A stretch of DNA of 44,117 nt. It comes from Verrucomicrobiota bacterium. GTDB taxonomy: Bacteria; Verrucomicrobiota; Verrucomicrobiia; Limisphaerales; SIBE01. The position numbers and the translations under genes are program-made. Shown piece by piece: positions 1-9,637 of the stretch. The stretch spans positions 1 to 44,117 of the forward strand of contig JACPRI010000298.1 of the NCBI GenBank assembly GCA_016190065.1, read 5' to 3'. The notes under the pieces were generated by a model that was given only the letters and a program-made list of their open reading frames with translations, was not told the origin of the DNA and ran no database searches. Position 1 is the first letter of the stretch. Each line of letters begins with the position of its first letter.

Positions 1-66
1 AACCGCCGCGTCTTTGCCCGCAGCGACGCAGAACTGGTTTGCGCTTCGCTGGAGGCGGAGCCGTGA
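1..66 (+). CDS. 3' end of a gene running in from the left; C-terminus resembles PQQ-like/BamB-type beta-propeller proteins
   Basis: Frame 1 reads NRRVFARSDAELVCASLEAEP* (TGA 64-66), similar to the typical 'R.F.R...EL.C..L' end of PVC PQQ-repeat proteins. Confidence 0.4.
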   Translation, partial: NRRVFARSDAELVCASLEAEP

Positions 67-184
67 GTTTTAACGTGGGAGACCGACGCTGCTCGGATTT
101 GTCGCTTTCAAGAATGTTGGAGCGATCATGAAACTTGTTACGAAACAAAGTTGACGGCTCTGCCGTTCTCTTTCAGTGTAGCGC

Positions 185-667
185 ATGAAAAAGCGAAATC
201 GCATGGGGAGGGTTGTCGCCAAGATCAAAATCACCAACTACGGAGACCAGATCGTGCTCGAACGCGGTTTGACGAGGGATAAACCGCGTGCGCTCGAAGT
301 GGAGGCGCTGGTGGACACGGGAGCCACGGAATTGGCGCTCAAGCCCAGCGTCATCAAGGCGCTTGGCCTGGAACCGCTGCAAACCGCGCGCGTTTCAACG
401 GCAACGGGTCCGGCGAGAATCCGCCGATATGGCGCGGTGAAACTGGAGCTGATGAACCGATGGGTGATCTGCGATGTCGCTGAGGTGCCGGAGCGTGTCC
501 CCAATCTGCTCGGGCAGGTGCCCTTGGAGGTCCTTGATTTGGTGGTGGACTGCAAACGGCAACGGCTGATCGGCAACCCGGAACACGGAGGAGTCCAAAC
601 CCTTGAATTGTATTTCCGCGTTGCGCCACGACGGCCACGCAGGTCCCGCCGCGGGCCAGCCGGATGA
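185..667 (+). CDS. Retropepsin-like (clan AA) aspartyl protease
   Basis: ALVDTGAT catalytic motif and LLGQVPLE..DL..D flap/C-terminal motif. Confidence 0.85.
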   Translation: MKKRNRMGRVVAKIKITNYGDQIVLERGLTRDKPRALEVEALVDTGATELALKPSVIKALGLEPLQTARVSTATGPARIRRYGAVKLELMNRWVICDVAEVPERVPNLLGQVPLEVLDLVVDCKRQRLIGNPEHGGVQTLELYFRVAPRRPRRSRRGPAG

Positions 668-705
668 TCAGTTTCGTTGACGGGCTCTGAGCAACGTGGC
701 TTACG

Positions 706-827
706 AACGCGAAGGAAACAAGGTTCCGACACTCGGGGACTCGATCCTTGAACCGCGAGGAGTGACAGGGCGCGGAAGGGTCTGTTTTCCACTTCCTCCT
801 TTGCGGCTTTGGCGACCTTTGCGTGAG
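706..827. repeat. Degenerate oligomer/inverted repeat between convergent genes
   Basis: AACGCGAAGG.. left arm and CCTTTGCGGCTTTGGCGACCTTTGCGTG right arm with repeated CTTTG(C/G) units. Confidence 0.4.
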
Positions 828-847
828 TTTCTTCTGCAGGCGCACGG

Positions 848-2368
848 CTAGGAATCCGCCCGGTGACCTTTGGGGGAAATCCAGATCGTGGCCAACGTCA
901 ACCCAACTGCGCAAAACGTGAAGGCCAGCGCATTCGGAGTTCGGCTTGTCCATGTGGTCCAAGGCCACGGGAAGTGAAAGAAGGCGTAGTTGAGGCCGAA
1001 GTAGAGCCACGTGCAAATCAGCAACGACCTCCGAGCGAATTCGCCGGCTGATAATTCGCGGTTGGATCCCCATGCAAACCAAATCGCGGCAAGGATCGTC
1101 AGCACGAGTGGCAAGATGCCATACAGCAGCCAGCCGGGCACAAGGCCGATCGCCTGTTCTCGATACACCAGTTGGCGGATGGTTTTGCCGGCGATGGGCA
1201 GAGCCGTGATCGGGAAAACGAGGAAAAAGGGCCACCATCGCCCGCCGGCCACGGCTACCATTGGAATCAATGCCAGAACCAGCCCGAGATCGTAGAAAGA
1301 GCTGATGGCGCGGACTGAACCAAACTCCGCGAGCACGAGCAGCGTCACGTGAAGGCTGACGAGCACCCATTCAAGTGCAAGAGTCACGTGAGAATTCCCC
1401 GTGGACGTAGTCGCTGTTGCCTCGTTCAACGTGAAAGCATGAGCCTCGTTACCTCGGCTGCTACTATTTTCAGGAAGCGCGATGTGCCGGGAATTCAGCC
1501 AGAGTCCAAGGCCGAGGCACGCGCCCATGATTGCACCAAACGTGGTTTCCATCCAATTCCACCAATTCATGACCGGATCAAGGCGCAGCCAGATCCCGGT
1601 TTTGAAGAGTTCCGGATTCCACGCGTGAAAAGCTTGCAGCGATTGACCCAACGGGAAACCGAGCGCGCCGCCCACCATGCCCCACCATTCCAGATTGCGT
1701 GCGAGTCGATCGCGGCGAATCGCGCTGACCCAGGCCCATGCTCCGAGCAGTGCGAACAACAGTCCGCCCCAACATTCTCGCCTTGGCTTGAGATCAGCGC
1801 CCGGTTCCCAGTGCCAGTCATCCGAGAAATAAATCCACGGCAGGGTCTTGTGGGCCGGATCGAAGGGCCGATTCAGCGCCCAGACGCCGAAGGCATAGAG
1901 CGCGAGCATGGCCAGCATGAGGAAGAGAACTTCGCGCGCGCGATATCGAACGCTTCCCAGGCCCATGCCGAGGAAAAGGCCGGCAAACCCGATCCAGATT
2001 CCGCCTTTGATCGCGAGCCCGAACATGCCCCAGCGGAGCGCAGCCCAATTCCCGATGAGCGGCGCGTCGTGGGTCAGCCCGACGGTTTGTCCGTAAGTCA
2101 TCGACCCGCCGAACCCGATCGTGATAGTCCCCATCGCGACAGCGCGAGCAGCGGGAAGCAAAGCGGCTTGAGGACAGAGCAGGAACACGAGCACCAGACT
2201 GACGAGCAAGCCGGCGATCATGGCGCCCGTCTCGTGGCCGTACTGCCCGCGAATACCCCAGCCCATTCCGCCTGCCAGCGCCGCGAGCAGGACGGGCTGC
2301 CAGAGGGGCATGGAGAAGGGCTGAGATTCAGAGCCTGAAGAATCCGTAATTTGGGTGCCTTGGATCAT
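848..2368 (-). CDS. Polytopic membrane protein of unknown function (start 2368 or 2311)
   Basis: Many hydrophobic Gly/Trp-rich helices; conserved-looking GWGIRGQYGHETGAM and GGSMTYGQT motifs; the ORF's upstream extension overlaps the divergent gene. Confidence 0.8.
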   Translation of the reverse strand: MIQGTQITDSSGSESQPFSMPLWQPVLLAALAGGMGWGIRGQYGHETGAMIAGLLVSLVLVFLLCPQAALLPAARAVAMGTITIGFGGSMTYGQTVGLTHDAPLIGNWAALRWGMFGLAIKGGIWIGFAGLFLGMGLGSVRYRAREVLFLMLAMLALYAFGVWALNRPFDPAHKTLPWIYFSDDWHWEPGADLKPRRECWGGLLFALLGAWAWVSAIRRDRLARNLEWWGMVGGALGFPLGQSLQAFHAWNPELFKTGIWLRLDPVMNWWNWMETTFGAIMGACLGLGLWLNSRHIALPENSSSRGNEAHAFTLNEATATTSTGNSHVTLALEWVLVSLHVTLLVLAEFGSVRAISSFYDLGLVLALIPMVAVAGGRWWPFFLVFPITALPIAGKTIRQLVYREQAIGLVPGWLLYGILPLVLTILAAIWFAWGSNRELSAGEFARRSLLICTWLYFGLNYAFFHFPWPWTTWTSRTPNALAFTFCAVGLTLATIWISPKGHRADS

Positions 2369-2487
2369 TTTCCGAAGAGGTCGTTTGCGCAGTGTTCCCG
2401 TGCGACGGCAATTAACGCTTGAAGGTACACCAGACAGTAAACATGATTTCAGCCCAAAAGTTGCAGCCCGAATCAAATCCAGACTTC

Positions 2488-4032
2488 ATGAACCCAAGAT
2501 TGACTGCCAGAGTCCGCGCACCTTTCCGCTCACACTTATGCTCGCCCCAGGGTGAGGGAAAAGACCGTGTAGGATTTGACAAGCGGGCCAACCGTTCTTC
2601 CACGGCTTCAAAAATCCTGAGAGTAGTTTGCCTCGGTCTTCTGGCGGCGATGCTTCATCCATTGAGCAAAGCTGCAGAGGCTGCAACAGCCTGGAAACCG
2701 CTCTTCAACGGCAAGAATCTAACCGGCTGGGACAGCTTCCTCGCGCCGCCGCCCGGAAGCAAAACGCCGCTCGGCTGGAACAACGATCCGCGCCGCGTGT
2801 TCACGGTCGTGGAGACCGACGGCGCTGCCGCTATTCGTGTTTCGGGTGAAATCTACGGTTCGATTACGACCCAAGAGCAGTTCACCAACTTCCACTTTCG
2901 CGTTGAATTCAAGTGGGGCGAGAAACGCTGGCCGCCGCGCGAGACCGTGGGCCGGGACACCGGCATTCTTTATTGCTGCGTCAACGAGCCGAATCCCCGC
3001 ACCGGCTGGATGACCTCGGTCGAGTGCAACGTCATGGAGAAAGGCGTTGGACAATGGTGGAGTGTCAATGGCGCGATCATCGACGTCGAGGGCTTGCACG
3101 TCACGAAGGAGATGGAACCGTCAATTCCCTATAAGAAGGAGGGAGCCGGCGAGAAAATCATCGTTTACAAGCGCGGTGCTCCGCGAATCGTGGCTGATCC
3201 AAGCTATGGCGTGACGCCGAGCATCGACGACGAGAAGCCGTTCGGACAATGGAACACGGCCGAAGTCGTCTTCTGGGCCGGCAACTGCATTCATTTGCTG
3301 AACGGCAGGGTCAATCTGATCGCGACAAATCCTCGTTACACGGAGGCCGGCCGCGTGATCCCTCTTCTTTCGGGAAAAATCCAGCTCCAGTCTGAGGCCG
3401 CCGAGTGTTACTACCGCAAGGCCGAAATCCGATCCCTCGACGAAATCCCAGCCGAGTTCCTCGACCTGATTCCAAACGCCCAGGATGACGAGGCTGGATT
3501 CAAGCCGCTGCTTGGCCAGAACGCCGCCGACGGATGGGCGCAATGCGGCCCCGGCAATTTCACCGTCGAGAATGGAGTGGCTACAGGGCATGGCGGCATG
3601 GGGCTTTGGTGGCACACGAAACAAACTTACACCAACTTCGTTCTGCGCGGAGAATTCCTGCAGGAGCAGGCCATCGCGGACTCCGGCGTGTATGTGCGTT
3701 TTCCAAATCCTGGCAACGACCCCTGGGTCGCCGTCCGCCAGGGACACGAAATGGAAATTGGCGATCCAAATCCGGAAAAGCCGACTTGGCGCACAGGATC
3801 GATTTATCCATTCAAAGCTTCCACGATCGCCAACACCCAACCGCCCGGCCAATGGAACGCTTACGAAATTGTCTGCATCGGGCAGGATTATTCGGTTCGT
3901 ATGAACGGCCGGCTGGTGACGACCTGGAGTGACGCCAATCAACGAACGCGTGCGGGTTACATCGGCTTGCAGAACTACAATGATGGCAAAATTGTCCGGC
4001 ACCGGAATCTCCGGATCAAGGATTTGCCGTGA
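2488..4032 (+). CDS. Secreted protein with two DUF1080 (3-keto-disaccharide hydrolase-like) domains; start uncertain (2488-2650)
   Basis: W.PLFNGKNLTGW, NFHFRVEFKWG, G.IQLQSE, second domain DSGVYVR...GQWNAYEI...GYIGLQN; hydrophobic signal segment before AAEA. Confidence 0.85.
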   Translation: MNPRLTARVRAPFRSHLCSPQGEGKDRVGFDKRANRSSTASKILRVVCLGLLAAMLHPLSKAAEAATAWKPLFNGKNLTGWDSFLAPPPGSKTPLGWNNDPRRVFTVVETDGAAAIRVSGEIYGSITTQEQFTNFHFRVEFKWGEKRWPPRETVGRDTGILYCCVNEPNPRTGWMTSVECNVMEKGVGQWWSVNGAIIDVEGLHVTKEMEPSIPYKKEGAGEKIIVYKRGAPRIVADPSYGVTPSIDDEKPFGQWNTAEVVFWAGNCIHLLNGRVNLIATNPRYTEAGRVIPLLSGKIQLQSEAAECYYRKAEIRSLDEIPAEFLDLIPNAQDDEAGFKPLLGQNAADGWAQCGPGNFTVENGVATGHGGMGLWWHTKQTYTNFVLRGEFLQEQAIADSGVYVRFPNPGNDPWVAVRQGHEMEIGDPNPEKPTWRTGSIYPFKASTIANTQPPGQWNAYEIVCIGQDYSVRMNGRLVTTWSDANQRTRAGYIGLQNYNDGKIVRHRNLRIKDLP

Positions 4033-4062
4033 ACTGCCCGGAATGGAGAATAGCGGCAGTCG

Positions 4063-4140
4063 GTTCGACGTTCAGCGTTCGACGTTGGATGTTTGTGCCG
4101 CGCAATCTCAACGTCGAACATCGAACACCGAACGCTGAAC
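4063..4140. repeat. Inverted arrays of 7-nt units (GTTCGAC-type / AACRYYG-type)
   Basis: GTTCGAC GTTCAGC GTTCGAC GTTGGAT GTT ... AACGTCG AACATCG AACACCG AACGCTG AAC. Confidence 0.75.
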
Positions 4141-4175
4141 ACGCCATGAAACGCTTCAGCCTGACTCGTTAAGAC

Positions 4176-5294
4176 GTGAAGACTCCGCCTCCCGTCCGCC
4201 TCGGCATCATCGGTTGCGGCAATGTGCTCAGCGCTTATCGAACCGCCATCGACAAGCTGCGCCTGCGTGGCGCGGTTGAGGTGGCGATCGCTTGTGGCCG
4301 CGAGAGCCAGCGCGACACCGCCTGCGCCGCGCTTGGGACTGGCAACTTTACGACAAACCCAACCGACGTTCTCGCGTCGGGCAGGGTCGATCTGGTGATA
4401 ATTCTAACTTCGATGGTTGAGCACGCTCCGTTGGCGCGTGCCGCGCTGGAGGGCGGTAAACACGTCCTCGTGGAAAAACCGCTCGCCACGACGCTCGAGG
4501 AAGCGGCCGCGCTTGCCGAGTTGGCCGGGCGCAGCCGAGGTTTCCTGGTCGGCGCGCCGTTCACGATTCTCAGCCCGACGTTTCAAACCATTTCGCGCCG
4601 AATTCAGCGTGGCGACGTCGGAAAGATTTGCTCCGCGCGCGCGCGCTACGGCTGGTCCGGCCCGTGGTGGAGCGAGTGGTTTTATCGACAGGGCGGGGGA
4701 TGCTTGTTCGACCTGGGTGTCTATTGCCTCACGAGTTTGACCGGATTGATCGGCCCGGCCAAACGCGTCATGGCGATGACGGGCGTGGCGGTCCCGGAGC
4801 GCGAAATCAACGGGAGAAAGATTCGTGTGGAGGCTGAAGACAATGCGCAGATTTTGCTCGATTTCGGCGGCGGAGCGTTCGCCGTGGTTACGACCGGCTT
4901 CACGATCCAACAGTACCGCTCACCGGCTCTGGAAATCTACGGAACCACGGGCACGATCCAGATGCTCGGCGACGATTGGGACCCGGACGGCTACGAGCTC
5001 TGGCAAAATTCCGTCGGCGCGTGGCAAGTGTTCAAGGAAACCGATCCCGATTGGCCCTGGACCGACGGCCTGCGGCATTTGGTTGATTGCATCCAAAAAG
5101 GCACACGCCCACTCCTGACGCCGGAACATGCCTGCCACGTGTTGGAAGTCATGGTCAAGGCGCAGCAATCGGGACGCGAAGGCCGGGCGATGACGATTGA
5201 GACCACGTTCACACGTCCGGTGTTTAAGGAATCCGCAAACTCGGAAGCGGCTCATCTTGTTCATGACCGCACGCGAGAACCCCGGGTGGAATGA
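4176..5294 (+). CDS. Gfo/Idh/MocA family oxidoreductase
   Basis: GIIGCG Rossmann motif, KHVLVEKP, GGGCLFDLGVY. Confidence 0.92.
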   Translation: MKTPPPVRLGIIGCGNVLSAYRTAIDKLRLRGAVEVAIACGRESQRDTACAALGTGNFTTNPTDVLASGRVDLVIILTSMVEHAPLARAALEGGKHVLVEKPLATTLEEAAALAELAGRSRGFLVGAPFTILSPTFQTISRRIQRGDVGKICSARARYGWSGPWWSEWFYRQGGGCLFDLGVYCLTSLTGLIGPAKRVMAMTGVAVPEREINGRKIRVEAEDNAQILLDFGGGAFAVVTTGFTIQQYRSPALEIYGTTGTIQMLGDDWDPDGYELWQNSVGAWQVFKETDPDWPWTDGLRHLVDCIQKGTRPLLTPEHACHVLEVMVKAQQSGREGRAMTIETTFTRPVFKESANSEAAHLVHDRTREPRVE

Positions 5295-5396
5295 CGAATG
5301 ACGAAGGCCGAATGACGAAAGAAGCCCGAATGACTAATCACCAACTCCGGAGACCTTTGGGCCTTCGGGCTTCGTCATTCTTTCGTTATTGGTCAT
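5289..5396. repeat. Inverted GAATGAC heptamer arrays
   Basis: GAATGAC GAATGAC GAAGGCC GAATGAC ... TTCGGGCTTCGTCATTCTTTCGTTATTGGTCAT; the left arm contains the stop codon of the upstream gene. Confidence 0.8.
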
Positions 5397-5465
5397 CTTT
5401 CTGGAATTGGGGCTCAAGACTCTGCTGTTGAATCATTGCATGAAACTCAGGATGACGCTTGGATT

Positions 5466-5605
5466 TCTCCCTCTCTTCCCTGCGAAGGGAGGAGAGGGCT
5501 GGGGAGAGGAGGGGCGTCTTCATGGGGCTTCCCCTCTCCTCAATCTCCCCACTCGTTCCTCTGCCTCTGCGGGGCACGCAGACAGGTCGCGGGGAGAGGA
5601 AGAAG
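5466..5605. repeat. Purine/pyrimidine-tract palindromic repeat (CCCTCTC...GGAGAGGG family)
   Basis: CTCCCTCTCTTCCC..GGGAGGAGAGGGCTGGGGAGAGGAGG and CCCCTCTCC..CTCCCCACTCGTTCC..GCGGGGAGAGG. Confidence 0.7.
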
Positions 5606-5669
5606 ATCTGCGGTTCCCGCCTCGCTTAATCCAAGAGCCGTCGCGGCTTTGGAAGAAGGGAGCCCCTTG

Positions 5670-6761
5670 ATGCCTCTCTGGTTCCTTTGGTCGCTTCTCG
5701 CGCTCATTTCCTGGGGAATTTGGGCGCTCATGTCCAAACTTATCGGAGACGCGCTTTCAGCCGCGCAAAGCCAGGCGCTCTCGACGATTGGACTTCTGCC
5801 CATTCTCGCGATGCTCGCGGGCCGTGAGAGGAGTTCATTGATGCGATTCTTGAAGAATCGAGGTGGATCGGTTGGTGGACATCCCTTTTCCCCTCACCCC
5901 GGCCCTCTCCCCAGAGGAGAGGGGGCATCGATCGACACGATTCGACCGTCCGAACGCTCCGCGTTGATCAATGCGCAGGATGCGTCGTCCCCTCTCCCTG
6001 AGGGAGAGGGTCAGGGTGAGGTGGAAGGAGGCACAAAGACTTTAGTTGTGTCCTCCTCTGCGGCGTTGAAAGCCAAACGTGGGTTAGCTTTCGCGGTGAG
6101 CGCAGGTGTTTTGTCCTGTTTGGGCAACGTGGCGTATTACCATGCGTTGAACGTGGGCGGCAAAGCGGCCACCGTGATTCCGCTGACCGCGCTCTATCCG
6201 CTCGTCACGATCGTGCTGGCGCTGCTGTTGCTCGGAGAGCGGCTGAACCGGACGCAAATCGCCGGGGTCATCCTTTCCTTGGCGGCGATCTATCTTTTCA
6301 ACGTTCAGCGCGAGGGCGGTTTCTTATCCACGTGGTTGGCGTTCGCTTTGATTCCCATTGCGCTGTGGGGCGTGGCCGGTCTTTTGCAGAAGCTCGCGAC
6401 CAATCATCTCTCCGGCGAGGTGTCCACCGTGTGGTTTCTGTCGGCGTTCGTCCCCGTGGCCTTTCTGATCCTGCTCACGCAACCGTGGCCTGCAAGTATC
6501 GCCCCGAAAACCTGGCTGCTGGCCGCCGCGTTGGGTTTGTTTTTCGGCCTGGGGAATTACGCCTTGCTCGCCGCGTTTGCGCGGGACGGCAAAGCTTCGA
6601 TCATCACGCCGCTCACCGCGCTGTATCCGGTCGTGAGCGTGCCGGTAGCCGTTTTCTTCCTCGGCGAGAAAGTCGGCGCGCGCGAGTGGGCCGGCATCAG
6701 TTTGGCGCTCGCCTCTGTCGTCGCGCTGTCGTATGAGAAGCCGAACAACGCTGTTAAATGA
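5670..6761 (+). CDS. EamA/DMT family transporter with an in-frame repeat insertion
   Basis: Two EamA halves, each with G.A..I.PLTALYP..T/SV....LGE; likely start MPLWFLW at 5670 because the upstream ORF extension is translated repeat. Confidence 0.85.
   Translation: MPLWFLWSLLALISWGIWALMSKLIGDALSAAQSQALSTIGLLPILAMLAGRERSSLMRFLKNRGGSVGGHPFSPHPGPLPRGEGASIDTIRPSERSALINAQDASSPLPEGEGQGEVEGGTKTLVVSSSAALKAKRGLAFAVSAGVLSCLGNVAYYHALNVGGKAATVIPLTALYPLVTIVLALLLLGERLNRTQIAGVILSLAAIYLFNVQREGGFLSTWLAFALIPIALWGVAGLLQKLATNHLSGEVSTVWFLSAFVPVAFLILLTQPWPASIAPKTWLLAAALGLFFGLGNYALLAAFARDGKASIITPLTALYPVVSVPVAVFFLGEKVGAREWAGISLALASVVALSYEKPNNAVK
5890..6022. repeat. CCCTCACCCCGGCCCTCTCCC...GGGAGAGGGTCAGGGTGAGG inverted repeat inside the EamA CDS
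   Basis: The arms are near reverse complements and translate as PHPGPLPRGEG ... PLPEGEGQGEV within the ORF. Confidence 0.85.
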
Positions 6762-6873
6762 GTTAGAGGCGTAAATATGGGTTAAATGGGTCAAATCTCC
6801 GGCGACAGAAAAACCATACCGCGCTGCCGGGTCGCACGATTTAACTCATCTAACGTTTTTAACCATTTAACCT
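6752..6873. repeat. AT-rich inverted oligomer repeat (GTTAAATG / CATTTAAC)
   Basis: GTTAAATGAGTTAGA..GGTTAAATGG ... TTTAACTCATCTAAC..TTTAACCATTTAAC; contains the EamA stop codon. Confidence 0.7.
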
Positions 6874-6882
6874 CTTCCACCC

Positions 6883-7830
6883 ATGGTGAACTCAATCGAG
6901 ACCAGATTAAAGACGGGCGTGGTGCTGGGCGACGGCGGGTATCTCATCGAACTCGAACGGCGCGGGTACGTGGACAGCGGTTCCGGGCGCGAGAAGGTCG
7001 GCACGGGCAAGGGGAGCGGACAGTTCACGCCGGAAGTGGCGATCGAGCATCCGGACGCGCTGCGTGAATTGCACCGTGAATTCCTCGCGGCCGGTTCGCA
7101 CGTGTTGCAGGCTCTGACCTTCTTTGCCACGCGCGAGAAACTTACTCGTGCCGGGTACGGCGCGCAGACCGAAGCGATCAATCAGGCGGCGGTCAGAATT
7201 GCCAAAGAGGTCGCGGGCAACCAGGCGCTCGTGGCGGGGAGCGTTTCACGAACTCAACTTTTCGAGCGGGAAGGCCCGGCAGCGGCCGGTCACGCGCGGG
7301 ATCTTTTCGACGAACAAATCCGATTGCTCAAAGAGGCCGGCGTCGATTGCCTCATCCTCGAAACTTTTTTTCGCCTGGACGAAATGTTGATCGCGCTGGA
7401 CTGCGCAGCCCGGAGCGGCCTGGCGGTTGTGGCCACCATGAGCTTTCGCCCGATGATTACCAAGTGCAGTGATGATCATACGCCGGCCGAGTGCGCGCGC
7501 GCGATGGCCGAGCATGGCGCATGCGCAGTGGGCGCGAACTGCGAACAGGAGCCGTTGCGCATGCTTCCGCTGCTGCGCGCGATGCGATCGGCGGTGAATC
7601 TGCCGCTCGCGGCGCAACCGGCGGGCTTCCGCACGACGGACGCCTGCCATTGCTTCACGCGCCAGGCCGCGTTTCCGGACGACCTGGAGACCATTCAGGT
7701 GTCGCGGCGGGAGTTTTTTGACTTCGGCAAGCTCGCGAGCGCCGAAGGGATCGGTTACATCGGTGGCTGCTGCGGTTGCAATGCGGCTTACATCCGCGCC
7801 CTTGCGCACGGGTTGTCCGAGGCGAAATGA
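6883..7830 (+). CDS. Homocysteine S-methyltransferase (BHMT/MmuM-like) family protein
   Basis: LGDGG..ELERRG, LHREFL.AGS.V.QA.TF, GANC and Zn-binding IGGCCG. Confidence 0.9.
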   Translation: MVNSIETRLKTGVVLGDGGYLIELERRGYVDSGSGREKVGTGKGSGQFTPEVAIEHPDALRELHREFLAAGSHVLQALTFFATREKLTRAGYGAQTEAINQAAVRIAKEVAGNQALVAGSVSRTQLFEREGPAAAGHARDLFDEQIRLLKEAGVDCLILETFFRLDEMLIALDCAARSGLAVVATMSFRPMITKCSDDHTPAECARAMAEHGACAVGANCEQEPLRMLPLLRAMRSAVNLPLAAQPAGFRTTDACHCFTRQAAFPDDLETIQVSRREFFDFGKLASAEGIGYIGGCCGCNAAYIRALAHGLSEAK

Positions 7831-7865
7831 ATTTGGAACCGGCTGTCGAGAGGGCAGGAGATTTG

Positions 7866-8010
7866 TGAACCACGAATGAACACGAATGAACACGAATGAG
7901 CACTAAGGAAAGATCGTTCCTGAGATTTCCAAAAGGGACAGGACCCGGACAGGACCCTTTCCTCTCCAGAAGCACGGTTCATTAGTGTCTGTTAGTGTTC
8001 ATTAGTGGTT
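7866..8010. repeat. Inverted 10-nt unit arrays (CACGAATGAA)n ... (ATTAGTGTTC)n
   Basis: CACGAATGAA CACGAATGAA CACGAATGAG CACTAA ... ATTAGTGTCT GTTAGTGTTC ATTAGTGGTT. Confidence 0.8.
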
Positions 8011-8024
8011 TCCACCGTTTCAGG

Positions 8025-8981
8025 ATGAATCCGCAGCGTCAAAATGCCGCCCATGGGCTTCCACCCTTCTGCGCCATTGGCGTGGATGTCGGTGGCACGA
8101 AGATCGGCGCGGGACTCGTGACTTTTCCAGAGGGTTCCCTGCGCGCCCGCCGCGTCATTCCCACAGATCCGAAGCGCGGTGGCAAAGCCGTGCTCGCGGA
8201 GGCCCGGCGAGTTGCCGCAGAACTCGCCGCAGAAGCGCGCGCCATGAAGCTGGAACCTCGCGGTCTGGGCATTGGTGTTTGTGAGTTGGTGGACCTTGCA
8301 GGCAACGTCGTGAGCGCAAACTGTGTGGACTGGAAAGGCGTGCCGCTTCAGGAACAGTTCGGTGCTATCGCGCCGAGCGTGGTCGAGGCAGACGTCCGTG
8401 CCGCGGCCCTGGGTGAAGCACTGTTCGGCGCCGGGAAGCCGTTCGACACCTTCCTTTATTTGACCGTCGGCACCGGGATCAGTTCTTGCGTGGTCATCGA
8501 AGGCAAACCATTCAGAGGCGCGCGCGGGGCAACGGGCACGATCGCCAGCAGTCCGCTCAATAACGTCTGTGGGAGCTGTGGCCAAGTCGAGCATCGTTCG
8601 CTGGAGGAGGTCGCGTCCGGACCGGCGCTTGTCCTGCGGTACAATGAGCAGGCGTTGAGCAGAGCCAACTCGGCGGAGGACGTGATTGCCGCCGCTAGTG
8701 CGCGTGATGCGGTGGCCGTCGAGATCGTGCGAACCGCCGGTGAAGTGCTGGGGCGAACCGTCGGTTGGCTCGTCAACGCGCTTGATCCCGAAGCCGTGAT
8801 CATCGGCGGCGGTCTCGGCTTGAGCGGCGCGGTTTATTGGGAAGGCCTGGAAGCTTCGACGCGAAAACAAATCTGGTCTGATCTCCATCGGCAACTGCCC
8901 ATCCTCCCGGCCGGGCTCGGTCGTGACGCAGGGATCGTGGGCGCCGCGGCCTGCGCCTGGCTGAACGCGGATTCTCGCTGA
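8025..8981 (+). CDS. ROK family sugar kinase
   Basis: IGVDVGGTKI, EADVRAAALGE, LTVGTGI, C.SCG...SLEEVASG, DPEAVIIGGG. Confidence 0.9.
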   Translation: MNPQRQNAAHGLPPFCAIGVDVGGTKIGAGLVTFPEGSLRARRVIPTDPKRGGKAVLAEARRVAAELAAEARAMKLEPRGLGIGVCELVDLAGNVVSANCVDWKGVPLQEQFGAIAPSVVEADVRAAALGEALFGAGKPFDTFLYLTVGTGISSCVVIEGKPFRGARGATGTIASSPLNNVCGSCGQVEHRSLEEVASGPALVLRYNEQALSRANSAEDVIAAASARDAVAVEIVRTAGEVLGRTVGWLVNALDPEAVIIGGGLGLSGAVYWEGLEASTRKQIWSDLHRQLPILPAGLGRDAGIVGAAACAWLNADSR

Positions 8982-9119
8982 TCCGTGTCCAAGCGATTCA
9001 ACCGCAACTCGACGCCAAGGAACGCGAGCGAAGACTGGACGTTCGAGCTGAACAAATTGAACAAACGTTGAAGTTTGAACGATTCATGGAGGACCACAGA
9101 AGGCTGATGCACTCCAAAC

Positions 9120-9602
9120 TCAGCAATTCGTCGGCACTTCCTGGAGGACTTCCACGCCATGTGGAATCGCGCCGACCACAAAGCCGAGGCATTCGACCGC
9201 GCCGCTTGGTTTGCCGGGGAGACAGAGGACCAGTGTCTTGTCCACCACGACGGCCAGATTCCGGGAGAGGATGGCGTTCTTGGTGAGCTTCATGGATTCC
9301 AGCCGCATGACCTCTCCAAAGCCGGGCAGTTCGCGAACGGCAATCTCACGGACGGCTTCGGGGGTGACGTCGCGCAACGCCACGCCGGTCCCGCCCGTCG
9401 TGAGCACGAGGTGGCAGCCCTTCGCGGCGTGCTCGCGGACGGCGCGTTGGATGTCGCGTTTCTCGTCCGGGACCAACGATTCCACCACGATTTTCCATCC
9501 GTAGCTTTCCGCCGCCTTGCACAGCGCCGGTCCACCCAGATCGTCGTATTCTCCACGCGATGCGCGATCGGAGATGGTGATAATTCCAACGTGAATTTGC
9601 AT
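9120..9602 (-). CDS. mog: Molybdopterin adenylyltransferase (MogA/MoaB family)
   Basis: ITISDRAS.G.Y.D..G, TTGGTG...RDVTPEA, LPGFGE.MR, LPGKP. Confidence 0.92.
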   Translation of the reverse strand: MQIHVGIITISDRASRGEYDDLGGPALCKAAESYGWKIVVESLVPDEKRDIQRAVREHAAKGCHLVLTTGGTGVALRDVTPEAVREIAVRELPGFGEVMRLESMKLTKNAILSRNLAVVVDKTLVLCLPGKPSGAVECLGFVVGAIPHGVEVLQEVPTNC

Positions 9603-9637
9603 TGCGCTATTGTTTGGTAGCAATGGTTGTTTAGGTC

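Noticed and set aside
5436-5669. N-terminal extensions of EamA, and likewise MFS (12822-13049), CRTAC1 (25959-26315) and the PD40 gene (31901-32170)
   Set aside because: They translate repeat DNA or overlap neighbouring genes; better starts with signal peptides or RBS lie downstream
7866-8010. CRISPR array (also considered for 4063-4140 and 5289-5396)
   Set aside because: Units are 7-10 nt, directly adjacent with no unique spacers, arranged as inverted arms; no cas genes in the window
8982-9119. Protein-like frame QAIQPQLDAKERERRLDVRAEQIEQTLKFERF between ROK and mog
   Set aside because: No start codon or RBS, it runs antisense into mog, and no family is recognised
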